Source: a virus
Taxonomy: Duplodnaviria > Caudoviricetes
Strand: one strand, 5' to 3'
Virus record (IMG/VR): IMGVR_UViG_3300005345_000001
Location: 1-64,000 of that record
Length of the DNA stretch: 64,000 nt
A program made the position numbers and the translations under genes. Positions within the stretch are counted from its first letter, which is position 1; the number at the start of each line of letters is the position of its first letter. Shown here one piece after another: positions 8,015 to 17,772 of the stretch. The notes below the pieces were generated by a model that saw only the letters and a list, made by a program, of their open reading frames with translations, made no database searches and was not told where the DNA came from.

Positions 8015-8928
8015 TTAATGACTTCAGGAAGTCCAGAAGCCATCGATTCAAGCGGGCACCAGCCCAGTTCCTCCCGGATCTTGGTCGAATCAGGCGCGTA
8101 ACGGGTGTCATGCCCTTCCCTATCCTTCACAAAGTGCACCAAAGCCCGGTTAACTGGGTCAATCAGGTCACATAACCCGTAAATCAGGTCGATGTTGGCG
8201 CAAAGTTTCATCGTGCTGATGTTATAGACACTGCCTGCCCGGCCATGCACTAAAGCCGCCCAAAGAGCCCGGACATGGTCACTAACATGCATCCAATCCC
8301 GTACATTGCTGCCTTTCCCGTAAACGGGGATGCGTTTGGCCATCTTAATGGAGCGAATCACGACCGGGATCAGCTTCTCTGGATATTGATGGGTGCCGTA
8401 ATTATTTGATGAGCGGGTTATGACTGCATCTAGCCCATACGTACGCCGATAAGCCATCACTAACATCTCCCCAGCCGCCTTGCTGGCCGAGTACGGAGAG
8501 GATGGACGCAGTGGAGCAGTCTCATTACTAAATCCATGCGTCACCGACCCATACACTTCATCAGTCGACACGTAGAGCAGCCTCCCAACTTTGGCTGTCA
8601 TCATCGCCTTGAGCAGGTTATGGGTCCCGTTGATGTTGGAGCTGACAAAGATATCCGGGTTGTGAATCGATCGATCTACGTGACTCTCAGCAGCCAAGTG
8701 CACAACGTGAGTGATGTGGTGGTGAGTGAGTAGATCGGGCAGCATCGGATCGTTGACGTCCATGTGCACGAATTGATAATTCGGGTTCTCCGCGATGTCC
8801 TTCAGATTATCAGGGTTGGCTGCGTAGGTCAGCCGATCCAGATTGAGCACAAGCTCCGCTTCTTTGATGGCGTGTCGGATAAAATGAGATCCAATGAACC
8901 CCATGCCGCCGGTACAAAGTAGGTTCAT
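7996..8928 (-). CDS. rmlB: dTDP-glucose 4,6-dehydratase
   Basis: TGGMGFIGS, DRLTYA, HLAAESHVDRSI, STDEVYG, SPYSASKA, SNNYG.HQYPEKLIP, RDWMHVSDH. Confidence 0.97.
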   Translation of the reverse strand: MNLLCTGGMGFIGSHFIRHAIKEAELVLNLDRLTYAANPDNLKDIAENPNYQFVHMDVNDPMLPDLLTHHHITHVVHLAAESHVDRSIHNPDIFVSSNINGTHNLLKAMMTAKVGRLLYVSTDEVYGSVTHGFSNETAPLRPSSPYSASKAAGEMLVMAYRRTYGLDAVITRSSNNYGTHQYPEKLIPVVIRSIKMAKRIPVYGKGSNVRDWMHVSDHVRALWAALVHGRAGSVYNISTMKLCANIDLIYGLCDLIDPVNRALVHFVKDREGHDTRYAPDSTKIREELGWCPLESMASGLPEVIKWYMSR

Positions 8929-10466
8929 TAGAAGCTAGCCAGGACTAGGCCCGGCGAGGATTGTTTTTTAACGGCGTTGATCTGGGTAGTGCGCAACATG
9001 TCCATCGGCGCCTCCGCGATGATGGGATAAGAGAGGGAATCGAATGGATGTTTATGATCGTCTTCCTTGATGTATTCGGCTTCTGTGCCGCTCCGTAAAT
9101 TGGCGAACATAGCCCGGGTCTTAAACAACTGCGCCGATACGTGCAAGCGTTTCTGATAAAGCAATTCCCAGATTAACTTCACTTTGTCCCGGTTGGAGTT
9201 TCGATATTTGGGTGCTGGCTCCAATACAATTTGTCCGTCACTGGCCTCATAGGCGATGCCCGCCTCAGACGTCTCCGCTGCCGACCGTTCGCGGAAGGCG
9301 CTAGTGTCTGACCAGTGCCGCCATTTAAGCTCAATCTTGTGAGTCTTCTTATGATAATCGTTCCAGTGCGTGATCTTATCCATGACCGCCTCCACGAATT
9401 GGCGGATAGAGATGAACGTTCGAATCACCACTAACTCATCGACGATCGAAAAGCTCACCACCTTGCGTTTAGTCTCCGGGTCTTCAGTGATAATCTTCTC
9501 GATCACGTGGAAGCTGTGGTTTTTGCTTTCGCCCATATCCCAGCCACCCAATAGCACCGTGCAGTTGCTGGTTGGCACGATCACTTCTCGATCCTCTGGC
9601 AGACAATCGGCCTTCCCCACCACATGTGTCGCCTCATCCCATACATCGGAGAAATGGCCATCAGTGATGTCTTGTTCCCACAGACCAAGGATGAAGCGGG
9701 CTCGTAAACTTTTACGTTTGCTGTAGCGGCTCTCCAGTTCCTTGCGTTCCCGTGGATCAAGCTGAGGATTGTCATCGATCATGACTAAGATCCGGTGCAG
9801 GCAGGCGCGGAAATATTCGTCTTCACCGTCCTCCGTTGGTTTATCCTTAAACTTAAACCATTTGTCGTGGATCCAATTGTTGGTGCCGCTATCGGGTGGG
9901 TTACAATCGCAGATGATCTGATGCTCCTCATACCTCACCTGCGGGCTCATGCGCAGCGCGTCGCAGAAAATGTTAAATGCATGATCATCGCAATACTGGT
10001 CGAACTCACTTAACCAAAACATGGAGTAAGCCGGCCCTTTGAACTTGGCCTCTACTTCAGAGGAATGTTCCAAGGAATGGCATTGGATCTCTGAGATCGA
10101 TCCGTGCCGATTGCGGATACGCACAAAGCTCATCTTGGAGTCACCGGTCGTCTTGGGTCCCTCGGTGACCTTGAAGCCGTAACAGCCCTTCTCCCATTCA
10201 ACTAACATCTTACCCAGCAACACCCACACGCCCGCGCTCTTGGCGTTCTTGATGGTCTTAGTGACGATGCCAATCATGGCGCCATTGACGTCAAAGGCGT
10301 GCCGCAAAATCTTGTGCAAGATCCCAAAGGTTTTACCGCTCTTACGTGGACCGTGTACCAACAGGTAACGGTGATAGTTGTTGAAGATTTCTAACTGCTT
10401 AAGGTTCATCGACGGCAGCCACACGCCTGGCTCGTAGATAAAACCTTTGTCATTTACTTTAATCAT
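8928..10466 (-). CDS. terL: Terminase large subunit
   Basis: Walker A HGPRKSGKT, Walker B-like FWLSE, coupling motif CNP, DNPQL, nuclease GWDMG and HPFDSLSY. Confidence 0.92.
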   Translation of the reverse strand: MIKVNDKGFIYEPGVWLPSMNLKQLEIFNNYHRYLLVHGPRKSGKTFGILHKILRHAFDVNGAMIGIVTKTIKNAKSAGVWVLLGKMLVEWEKGCYGFKVTEGPKTTGDSKMSFVRIRNRHGSISEIQCHSLEHSSEVEAKFKGPAYSMFWLSEFDQYCDDHAFNIFCDALRMSPQVRYEEHQIICDCNPPDSGTNNWIHDKWFKFKDKPTEDGEDEYFRACLHRILVMIDDNPQLDPRERKELESRYSKRKSLRARFILGLWEQDITDGHFSDVWDEATHVVGKADCLPEDREVIVPTSNCTVLLGGWDMGESKNHSFHVIEKIITEDPETKRKVVSFSIVDELVVIRTFISIRQFVEAVMDKITHWNDYHKKTHKIELKWRHWSDTSAFRERSAAETSEAGIAYEASDGQIVLEPAPKYRNSNRDKVKLIWELLYQKRLHVSAQLFKTRAMFANLRSGTEAEYIKEDDHKHPFDSLSYPIIAEAPMDMLRTTQINAVKKQSSPGLVLASF

Positions 10467-10491
10467 GGCTAATGGTTGTCTTGCTCTTACT

Positions 10492-10734
10492 ATGCCTACT
10501 CAAGTCATATTTGACATGACAGAACCAGACACCAAAGCGCTGATCGATGGCTGGGCCGATAATACCGAATACACTGTCAGTATCAGATTAAAGACCGGGG
10601 CAGGCGAAAATCGTAACGTCGCTCAAGCATTGGAGGTGACCGATGAGTCGGCAGGGGAAGAGTCGGAGCCAGCGCCCGTAGAGGAACCGGCGGCCCCACC
10701 AACTGCCAAACCGGTGGCTGAGCCAGCTTACTAA
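10492..10734 (+). CDS. Small acidic Pro/Glu-rich protein
   Basis: First ORF of the rightward virion operon; ends 1 nt before the portal start. ATG at 10492 chosen to avoid overlap with terL. Confidence 0.55.
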   Translation: MPTQVIFDMTEPDTKALIDGWADNTEYTVSIRLKTGAGENRNVAQALEVTDESAGEESEPAPVEEPAAPPTAKPVAEPAY

Positions 10735-10735
10735 C

Positions 10736-13213
10736 GTGTCTGTTCCTATTCAGCGGCTAATTTCCAAGCACAAGCTTGACCCAGACAGCTTAAAGGCAGC
10801 GTTCGATCACAAGTCCTTAGAGAAGCGTCCTCAGGTCAAGAAGCTCGTCGAAGCGATCCGGGACGTTATCCGAGATGGCATTAACCGTAACCGCACCGAC
10901 TATCGCCTCTATAAAGCGATGGATTGGAGTTATGACCAACCTTTCTACCAGGTCTCCTACACCCAGCTGCGCGGGCTCATGTCTAGCCAGCCCGATGACA
11001 ATAAGGTGTTGGAGACCGTTAATTCCTGGGGCTTATCTCATCTGCTCCCGGATATCTTAGATGCGGACGGCAAAGTCTGTTGCGGGGCCAACGGCAGGCC
11101 GCTCAAGGCTGTTAATCTGCCGGTATTTTTCCAGGTGTTTGTGCCTGTGTGCATGGCCTATATCACCATTCGCTGGGCCAAACTATTCAATGACCGAAAC
11201 CTTAATCCGCTCTACAAATATGAGCCGGTTCAATACACCAAAGAGAACCGGTTTCGTTGCGAGGTGTTGACCCAGATCGTGCAGCGGATGGCCACGCAGT
11301 TTGATTATAAGTCAGATCTGAGGCAGACTATCCTGCAAACCCTCCTCTACGGATTCTGCATAAACTTCCCCAGGGAGGCGTGGTTTGTCGAGAAGCAGCT
11401 GGACGAAAGCGGGGATGAACAGATCGTGCGCGAAGGGCTGCGCTTCAACATGCCCCATCCTTCCCGCATCTATTACGATCTCTATCATCGGCTCTCCTCG
11501 CTTAATTCCAACTCCGGCTGTGAATATGCCGGCTACTGGGAGTTGTGCCGCTACAAAGACATCCACGATAACGAGCTCTATTGGAACAAGGACGCCATCG
11601 GCTTTGGCGCCCTGTCCTGGTTTGATATCGGCGTCAGTGACTTCCTGGATCACGTCTTCCCCTGCACCTTAAAATTCCCCAATGTTAACAGTGCCGGCGG
11701 CGGGGTGGGCCCACTGGACCGACAGCATGAGGCGGCCTCAACCTATGGGCAGGGCGATTTCAACGCCGCCACGCTGCTCACCCAACATTTCCAGCGCATT
11801 ATCCCGGCTGACTACGGGCTGGGTGATTACAAATATCCTGTCTGGTTTAGGTTCGTTTACGCCAGCGATACCGCTGTTATTTGGGCTGAGCCGTTGGCCT
11901 TTGATCGGCTCCCCACCTATGCCTACGACGCGGACTTCAACCGTTCCCGTTTCCGATCACTGGCGCTAGAGATCATGCCCTTCCAGGATCATGTCGGGAA
12001 TCTGTTGTCCCAATGGATCCTGGCCGTCAAAGAAAACCTCATCAACCCGGTCTTCTACGATAAGGATAAGATCCCCGCTGAATATTTGAAGCGGCTCCAG
12101 AACCTGGGCCAGAAGATGTATAACGGCCGGCTCTTTATCCCCTATTCCGGCACTGAGACCTTGCGCATGAAGGTCGACCAACGGGAGGCGTTCTACGTGC
12201 CGCCATTCAGCCACCATCAGACAGGCGAAGTGGCTACGCTTATCTCTGGGGTGCTGTCCATGTTGGACCGGGTCATGCAGCTCTCGCCCCAAGAGATTGG
12301 GCAGGCGGCTCAACACGAACAGACCGCTGAAGAAACCCGCGTCATCTCCCAAAACACTTCTACCCGCGTCACCTTTACAGGCTCATTCATCGATGATGGC
12401 GATTACGCCAAGAAGGTCGCCATCTACGACGCTACCATGGCCCATGCCGATGATGAGGTGACAGTAGGCATCAGCTCGTCACTGGCCGCTACCGATGCGG
12501 AGTTTAAGAAGTTGTTGGATTCGGTCGGTTTTACGATCCAGGACGATACCACTTACGATCCGGAAAATCCCGATGCCATGCGTTCGGTTAAAGGCAAGAA
12601 GTCAGCGCTCAAATTGGAGTCATTCGCCTCAACGCGAGATGCCAGCGACCGCATTGATAATCCGGCTATCGCCGACGCGATGAGTAAGATCTTCTTGGCT
12701 GTCGCCAATAATCCTGTGCTCATCCAGGCTATCGGTCCAATGCAGTTAGTCGAGTTACTCAATCAGATCATCACCACGACCGGCTTACCCAAAGAATTCA
12801 AGTTGAAGGGTAAGCAGGTGGATCTAAACGCTGGCCAAGAAGAACAGGCTAGCCAAGTCCAGGGAATGCTCAAAGAGTTCGCCGGCCAGATCCAGCAACT
12901 GGTCGCCTCCAAACAACAGGAGACTCTCCAAATCGCCGGCCAACAAGCCGAGCAGGCTGCCCAACAGGCCGCCGGGCAAGTGGCCCAGGTCATTGGACAA
13001 CAAGTGCAACAGGTGGCCCAACAAGCGGAGGCCGCCGGTCAACAAACCGCCCAGGCGTTGCAAGCGCAACAGGCCAAGATCGAAGAGCTTGGTCAGGCCA
13101 TCGATCAGTTAACCCAAGTCATCGACGCGGCTCAAGCCGGGATGGGAATGTTAGCCCAGCCTGCGCCTCCGCCGATGGTGCCGCCCGTGCCTGCCGGTCC
13201 TCTGATGGTATGA
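10736..13213 (+). CDS. Portal protein (probable)
   Basis: 825 aa at the head of the structural operon; TATE-like QTAEETR motif; long Gln/Ala coiled-coil C-terminus as in P22-type portal barrels. Confidence 0.75.
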   Translation: MSVPIQRLISKHKLDPDSLKAAFDHKSLEKRPQVKKLVEAIRDVIRDGINRNRTDYRLYKAMDWSYDQPFYQVSYTQLRGLMSSQPDDNKVLETVNSWGLSHLLPDILDADGKVCCGANGRPLKAVNLPVFFQVFVPVCMAYITIRWAKLFNDRNLNPLYKYEPVQYTKENRFRCEVLTQIVQRMATQFDYKSDLRQTILQTLLYGFCINFPREAWFVEKQLDESGDEQIVREGLRFNMPHPSRIYYDLYHRLSSLNSNSGCEYAGYWELCRYKDIHDNELYWNKDAIGFGALSWFDIGVSDFLDHVFPCTLKFPNVNSAGGGVGPLDRQHEAASTYGQGDFNAATLLTQHFQRIIPADYGLGDYKYPVWFRFVYASDTAVIWAEPLAFDRLPTYAYDADFNRSRFRSLALEIMPFQDHVGNLLSQWILAVKENLINPVFYDKDKIPAEYLKRLQNLGQKMYNGRLFIPYSGTETLRMKVDQREAFYVPPFSHHQTGEVATLISGVLSMLDRVMQLSPQEIGQAAQHEQTAEETRVISQNTSTRVTFTGSFIDDGDYAKKVAIYDATMAHADDEVTVGISSSLAATDAEFKKLLDSVGFTIQDDTTYDPENPDAMRSVKGKKSALKLESFASTRDASDRIDNPAIADAMSKIFLAVANNPVLIQAIGPMQLVELLNQIITTTGLPKEFKLKGKQVDLNAGQEEQASQVQGMLKEFAGQIQQLVASKQQETLQIAGQQAEQAAQQAAGQVAQVIGQQVQQVAQQAEAAGQQTAQALQAQQAKIEELGQAIDQLTQVIDAAQAGMGMLAQPAPPPMVPPVPAGPLMV

Positions 13214-13216
13214 ACT

Positions 13217-13471
13217 ATGGATACAAATATAGTGACTGCGATCGTGCAACAGAAGTCCACCAGCATCGAAGTAATTACCTTAATCTTAAACGCACTGGGC
13301 CCTGTCTTGGCGGCAATTGCTGCCTTCTTCGCCAGGTCCGCTGTCGCTGGTGTTAAAGAGGTGCACCTAGCCATTAACTCGCGGTTAGATCAATGGCTCC
13401 TACTGGAGCGCAAACAGGGAGTGGAAACGGGTCGGCAACAAGAGCGTGATGATGCAGCTAAGATCAAGTAA
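13217..13471 (+). CDS. Small single-TM membrane protein (holin-like candidate)
   Basis: ITLILNALGPVLAAIAAFFA hydrophobic segment with charged C-terminus. Confidence 0.5.
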   Translation: MDTNIVTAIVQQKSTSIEVITLILNALGPVLAAIAAFFARSAVAGVKEVHLAINSRLDQWLLLERKQGVETGRQQERDDAAKIK

Positions 13472-13774
13472 ATGGCCGAACCGATCGTAGTCACCTCAAT
13501 CCCCTGCGATCATAGCCAGAAGGCCGAGTTGGAGGCCCTCTTCTCCTCTACTGGCTATTCCCTATTAAAGCGGTTATTGGCTTCCCACTGCATCAAAGAA
13601 CAAGTTACAGCGGCCAATAAAGGGTTGTATGAGTCGGGGAGTGAGATAGCATCGAGCCAAGCTAAGCACCACCGCCAACGCGCCGAGTACATCAACGCCC
13701 TGTTAGATGTGCTTGACGATATTGAGGCAAAAGAGGATCAGTGGTTCTTAGTTAGCCTGGAATGTAAGCGCTAA
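13472..13774 (+). CDS. Hypothetical head-module protein
   Basis: 100-aa ORF abutting the previous gene, between portal and scaffold. Confidence 0.65.
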   Translation: MAEPIVVTSIPCDHSQKAELEALFSSTGYSLLKRLLASHCIKEQVTAANKGLYESGSEIASSQAKHHRQRAEYINALLDVLDDIEAKEDQWFLVSLECKR

Positions 13775-13910
13775 AACGTTATGCAAGATGTTAAAGCTGT
13801 TCATCAAAAATTGCCTTCTGCTTTTACAAATAGCCTTGAGTTCAACCTCCAAAATACAAAAAGGGGCAGGACTTTGGGCCCGGCGGAGGCTTTAACTTAA
13901 CACACTGGCC

Positions 13911-15440
13911 ATGCCCGATGATACCCAGGTAGTACCCGCCCAAACTACAGCAGATGCTCCACCTACTGCACCACCAACCGATTTACCGTTACCTACTCCG
14001 CCCCCTACGCCGGGCCCGGAGGATGATCCTAATCATCAGCTGGCGCTCCTAATTGCCAAGCGTAAGGAACGTAAAGCGCCCAAAGAAGAAGAGCCAGGCA
14101 AGGAGCCGCCCGGAGATAACGCCGAAGACAAGGCTAAAAAGCAGGAGAAGCTAGGGGATCTAATCGCTGATGCGCTTAAATTTAAGGGCAAGAAGCCCGA
14201 CGCCAAGAAGGAAGAACCCAAGGTAGAGCCTGAGCCTCCACCGCCCGAGCCGCCCAAAGCTCCACCGCCCGCTCCAAAGCCTGAGCCTACTGTCATCTCC
14301 AAGCGCAAGCCTACCGATCCGGATGAGCACGCTCGCGACATTGGTCAAGCGGCAGCAGCAGCAGCTACTGCTGCCGTGCAAGCGCTTCAGCCATCCTTCC
14401 AGCCACCGCCCAAGCCTGAGCCAGACCCAGGCGAAGCTCTTAAACCATCTGACCGACAGAAGTATGAGGTAGCTAAGTTCCTGGCGGCCTCCAATCCTCA
14501 TTACAAGGATGCCCCCAGGCTCATCTTAGATCAGACCCGGCGGGCCGAATCCTATGCCAGCCGCTGGGAATCGGCTAACCCAGGTAAAGCGTTTGATCCG
14601 GAAGACGAAGAGCATAACGCCTTTTACGACTCTATCGAAGAGCCCTGGAGCCCAATCGAGTTTGATGACGCTGTCGCCCGCATGCGCGAGGCCGCCATCG
14701 AGGAGAAAATCCAGAAGCGCTACGACGCAGAGTTAGCTACCATCAAGGAAGCCAATGCCCGACTTGAATTAACTGGCGAAGTAGACCGCCGCTACTCCCA
14801 GACGGCCGGCCAATTAGCCAAGGCGCTCAATGTCCACGATGTTATTTCCAGCGGGGGCATAGATAAGCTCGAAGAGCAAGACCCCATCACAGCCAAAGTC
14901 CTTATGCAGGTGCTTGGTGGTTTGCAGCCCTTGGTCGAAGCCATCGTCCAGATTGACGATCCTAAGGGCCGGATCAAGGTCGACATGCAAAACCCCGCTC
15001 ACCAACAGTGGGCTGCTGTCGTTCATGAAGGGGAAACTAGATCGATGGGTAAGCGCGATGAGCATGGCCGGCTCTTCGCCCGCCGGGCCGATTACTTGCG
15101 CATGAATCCGGCAGGTCAAGCCAGGCATTGGTTCCTTTCCACTGAACATATCTTGAAAGGAATTGTCGATGAAATCGCTCCGGCCATCACCGAACACGTG
15201 AAGAAAGAACGTGACGAACAGATCAAGATCGCTAAATCCTTGGGTTTTGTTCCGAAAACAGAAAGTCCGGATGCTAAAAATGGCGCTGCTGCTCCGCCCT
15301 CGTCGCCCCCGCCACCACCTGCTAAACCACCATCACCTACGGTAGGTGGTGGAGCTAAGATTGATGCATCCACTGGCGAGCCAAAAACAAAGGGCGCTAA
15401 ATTGACCGACGCGATAGCTGATACCCTCTGGGGACGATAG
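13911..15440 (+). CDS. Capsid scaffolding protein (probable)
   Basis: Pro/Lys/Glu-rich low-complexity ends, helical core, short conserved-looking tail (DAIADTLWGR); directly upstream of the capsid gene. Confidence 0.6.
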   Translation: MPDDTQVVPAQTTADAPPTAPPTDLPLPTPPPTPGPEDDPNHQLALLIAKRKERKAPKEEEPGKEPPGDNAEDKAKKQEKLGDLIADALKFKGKKPDAKKEEPKVEPEPPPPEPPKAPPPAPKPEPTVISKRKPTDPDEHARDIGQAAAAAATAAVQALQPSFQPPPKPEPDPGEALKPSDRQKYEVAKFLAASNPHYKDAPRLILDQTRRAESYASRWESANPGKAFDPEDEEHNAFYDSIEEPWSPIEFDDAVARMREAAIEEKIQKRYDAELATIKEANARLELTGEVDRRYSQTAGQLAKALNVHDVISSGGIDKLEEQDPITAKVLMQVLGGLQPLVEAIVQIDDPKGRIKVDMQNPAHQQWAAVVHEGETRSMGKRDEHGRLFARRADYLRMNPAGQARHWFLSTEHILKGIVDEIAPAITEHVKKERDEQIKIAKSLGFVPKTESPDAKNGAAAPPSSPPPPPAKPPSPTVGGGAKIDASTGEPKTKGAKLTDAIADTLWGR

Positions 15441-15497
15441 CTTATTCAGACGCCTTTAGTTGCTAGGTAATTAAGCCGCAGCTAGGCGCTTTGAATA

Positions 15498-17219
15498 ATG
15501 GCTATCAGCGCTAATATCTTCGAAAAATGTCTGCCGGCTATCGGCAACAACATCGCCGCCTGCGGTGCCGTAACCCTGTGCGACATCATTACCGCAGAGA
15601 GCGATGAGCTAACCAACATCTTCACCGATGGGTCCGGCCATTTCCGCGACATGCGCGCTCTGTTGGCCACCCAGTTTGAAATCAAGGCCTGCGGCGCCCG
15701 CACCAATGGACTCTACGACTTCCTGATGTCCAACAAGCGGATGATGGGCAATAAGAAGATCGTGACCCCGCTGGGCCCTGGCAACTCCGAGATAGCCCCC
15801 TTCATCCTGGCCCACCAACATTCTGTCATCAACGCGGAGTATTGGAGCTTAAAGAATCTGTTCAATAGCGGTGGCAACAACTACACCCTCCATGTTAATT
15901 CCAGGGCTTCCATCCCGCTGACGACCGAGTGGTTCGTGCCGGGCATGAACATCTATGTCAATGCCAGGTCAGCGGCCGGCACTGCCTTGCGCGGCTCATT
16001 CCTGGTCGTGGCATCCCAGGTCAGCACCTTTGGTGGAGCAGCCACCATCATGATCACGGCAACCGGCCAGAACGATACCTTGGGCTGGGTGGCTAAGTCA
16101 GCTTTCACCGGGTTCACCGGCGGCTCGCCTCTCTCGGCGGGTGTGGTGGTTCGCGGATCAGCCAATGTCCAGGACGTGGAGCGCTGGTGCTACAACCGGC
16201 CTGCCCTAAACGATCGTAAGCACGTGCCGTTCTGGTTTGAGACCGATCGTTACACCATGTGCACCGATCAGCTCTATGAGGCCTACTTCAAGCGGCTCCA
16301 ACAGGGCAACGAATACTTTAAGCTCTTCGGCGATGTCGACGCTACCCAGCGCAATAAGCAGTTGGGCGACATCTTCCAGCGGGAATGGATCAACAAATTC
16401 TTCTGGAACAAACGCATCTCCACTAACCAAACCCTCGGCAGCTATCGGTCACTGGCCGAAGTCACGACCTGGAGCAATGCCACCCAGGGCCTTTACCTTC
16501 CAGGAGAAGGTCGCTGCGTCGGTCGCAAAGCTAATGCGGTCGGAGTCTATGAGCAATTGGCAGAATGCGGGCAGGTCTTTGATTTGCAGAATCAGCAGCT
16601 CAACTTGGTCGAGCTGTTCGAAAACTTGATCTACCCAATCTGGCGCGCCCGTGGCGACCAGGGTATCCCCAACGATGTTATCGAGATCTTCACCGATTCA
16701 TTCACTGCCAGCCAGTTCCAGCGCGGTATGATCGAATACTATGACACCCGCTCAGACGGTCTGGCTCGGTTCATGATCGATACCAAGCAGGTTATGAGCG
16801 GCAAGATGGGCCAACTCGGGTTTAACTATGACGAGTATCGGCTCCAATATCCGCAGGTCACTATCCGGATCGTAACCAACAACTTCTTCGACGACTTCGC
16901 TACCGCGATGCAGTTGGAAAATGTAGGTTCCGCCGGCCGGTTCCTCTGGATCTTGGACTTTACCTCCATCTATCCGGGGATCATCACTAGCAACTCCAAG
17001 AAGCATACTACTGGAGACATCGAGAAGTTGGCGGCTATCGACCAGGACTACGCCTGCGTGATGGAGAATCCAACCCAGGAGATTAGCCTTAACTCACTCA
17101 CATGGACCGCCGTCGTAGAGTGCACCGCTACCAGTGCGATTGTTGAGAACTTCGACATTACTCGAATTCCCAAGGGTGACGCTGGCCAGAGCCCATATAC
17201 TGATTTGTATCAAGTCTAG
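15498..17219 (+). CDS. Major capsid protein (probable)
   Basis: 573 aa after the scaffold, strongly biased codon usage, followed by a strong terminator. Confidence 0.7.
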   Translation: MAISANIFEKCLPAIGNNIAACGAVTLCDIITAESDELTNIFTDGSGHFRDMRALLATQFEIKACGARTNGLYDFLMSNKRMMGNKKIVTPLGPGNSEIAPFILAHQHSVINAEYWSLKNLFNSGGNNYTLHVNSRASIPLTTEWFVPGMNIYVNARSAAGTALRGSFLVVASQVSTFGGAATIMITATGQNDTLGWVAKSAFTGFTGGSPLSAGVVVRGSANVQDVERWCYNRPALNDRKHVPFWFETDRYTMCTDQLYEAYFKRLQQGNEYFKLFGDVDATQRNKQLGDIFQREWINKFFWNKRISTNQTLGSYRSLAEVTTWSNATQGLYLPGEGRCVGRKANAVGVYEQLAECGQVFDLQNQQLNLVELFENLIYPIWRARGDQGIPNDVIEIFTDSFTASQFQRGMIEYYDTRSDGLARFMIDTKQVMSGKMGQLGFNYDEYRLQYPQVTIRIVTNNFFDDFATAMQLENVGSAGRFLWILDFTSIYPGIITSNSKKHTTGDIEKLAAIDQDYACVMENPTQEISLNSLTWTAVVECTATSAIVENFDITRIPKGDAGQSPYTDLYQV

Positions 17220-17245
17220 GTTGTCCGTTTGGGTTCATTGGGTTG

Positions 17246-17283
17246 CCCCGGGGTTGTCCTTGCAACCCCGGGGTGATTCTTTT
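17246..17283 (+). terminator. Intrinsic terminator after the capsid gene
   Basis: 11-bp stem ccccggggttg (17246-17256) / caaccccgggg (17263-17273), then tgattctttt. Confidence 0.75.
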
Positions 17284-17772
17284 ATGGGTCTAGCAATGCG
17301 CAAGTTCTATTCCAAAGAGATCCCAGAGTCACCGGTCTATGTAGCGGGCCATCCGCTGGTCTTTGATGTACTTGAAACTGAAGATGCCGCGCTCATAGCC
17401 GAATTAGATAAGTGCGTCGCCCGTGGTGTAGGTGGGGTGATGACTATTACCCAGGAACAGTTCGAGGTGGAGGTAAAAAAAAAGAGCAACGGACAATTAT
17501 CAAACGGCAGCTTGAGGCCAAAGCAGCAGAGACAAGAGTTGTCAGCAATGCAATTGGCCGGTCTGCGTGCTGTGGAGGGCGCCGGTAAAGTTAGTCAGTT
17601 TGCCAGGCCACAACAGCCCACCGCCAACCCTCACAACCGACACGGCTTACCAGTTAGCGGCAATGCGCCTGGCCCTATCCCGGCGCTGCCAGACCCAATC
17701 GAGGTTCCTACCCCGGAATCTTTCGGGCCCATCTCCAAGCCCCCGACTGCCAAGGCTAAGGATGTCCAATGA
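17284..17772 (+). CDS. Hypothetical virion-module protein containing an A9 slippery run
   Basis: ATG at 17284 just after the terminator; stop overlaps the next start (ATGA). Confidence 0.65.
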   Translation: MGLAMRKFYSKEIPESPVYVAGHPLVFDVLETEDAALIAELDKCVARGVGGVMTITQEQFEVEVKKKSNGQLSNGSLRPKQQRQELSAMQLAGLRAVEGAGKVSQFARPQQPTANPHNRHGLPVSGNAPGPIPALPDPIEVPTPESFGPISKPPTAKAKDVQ

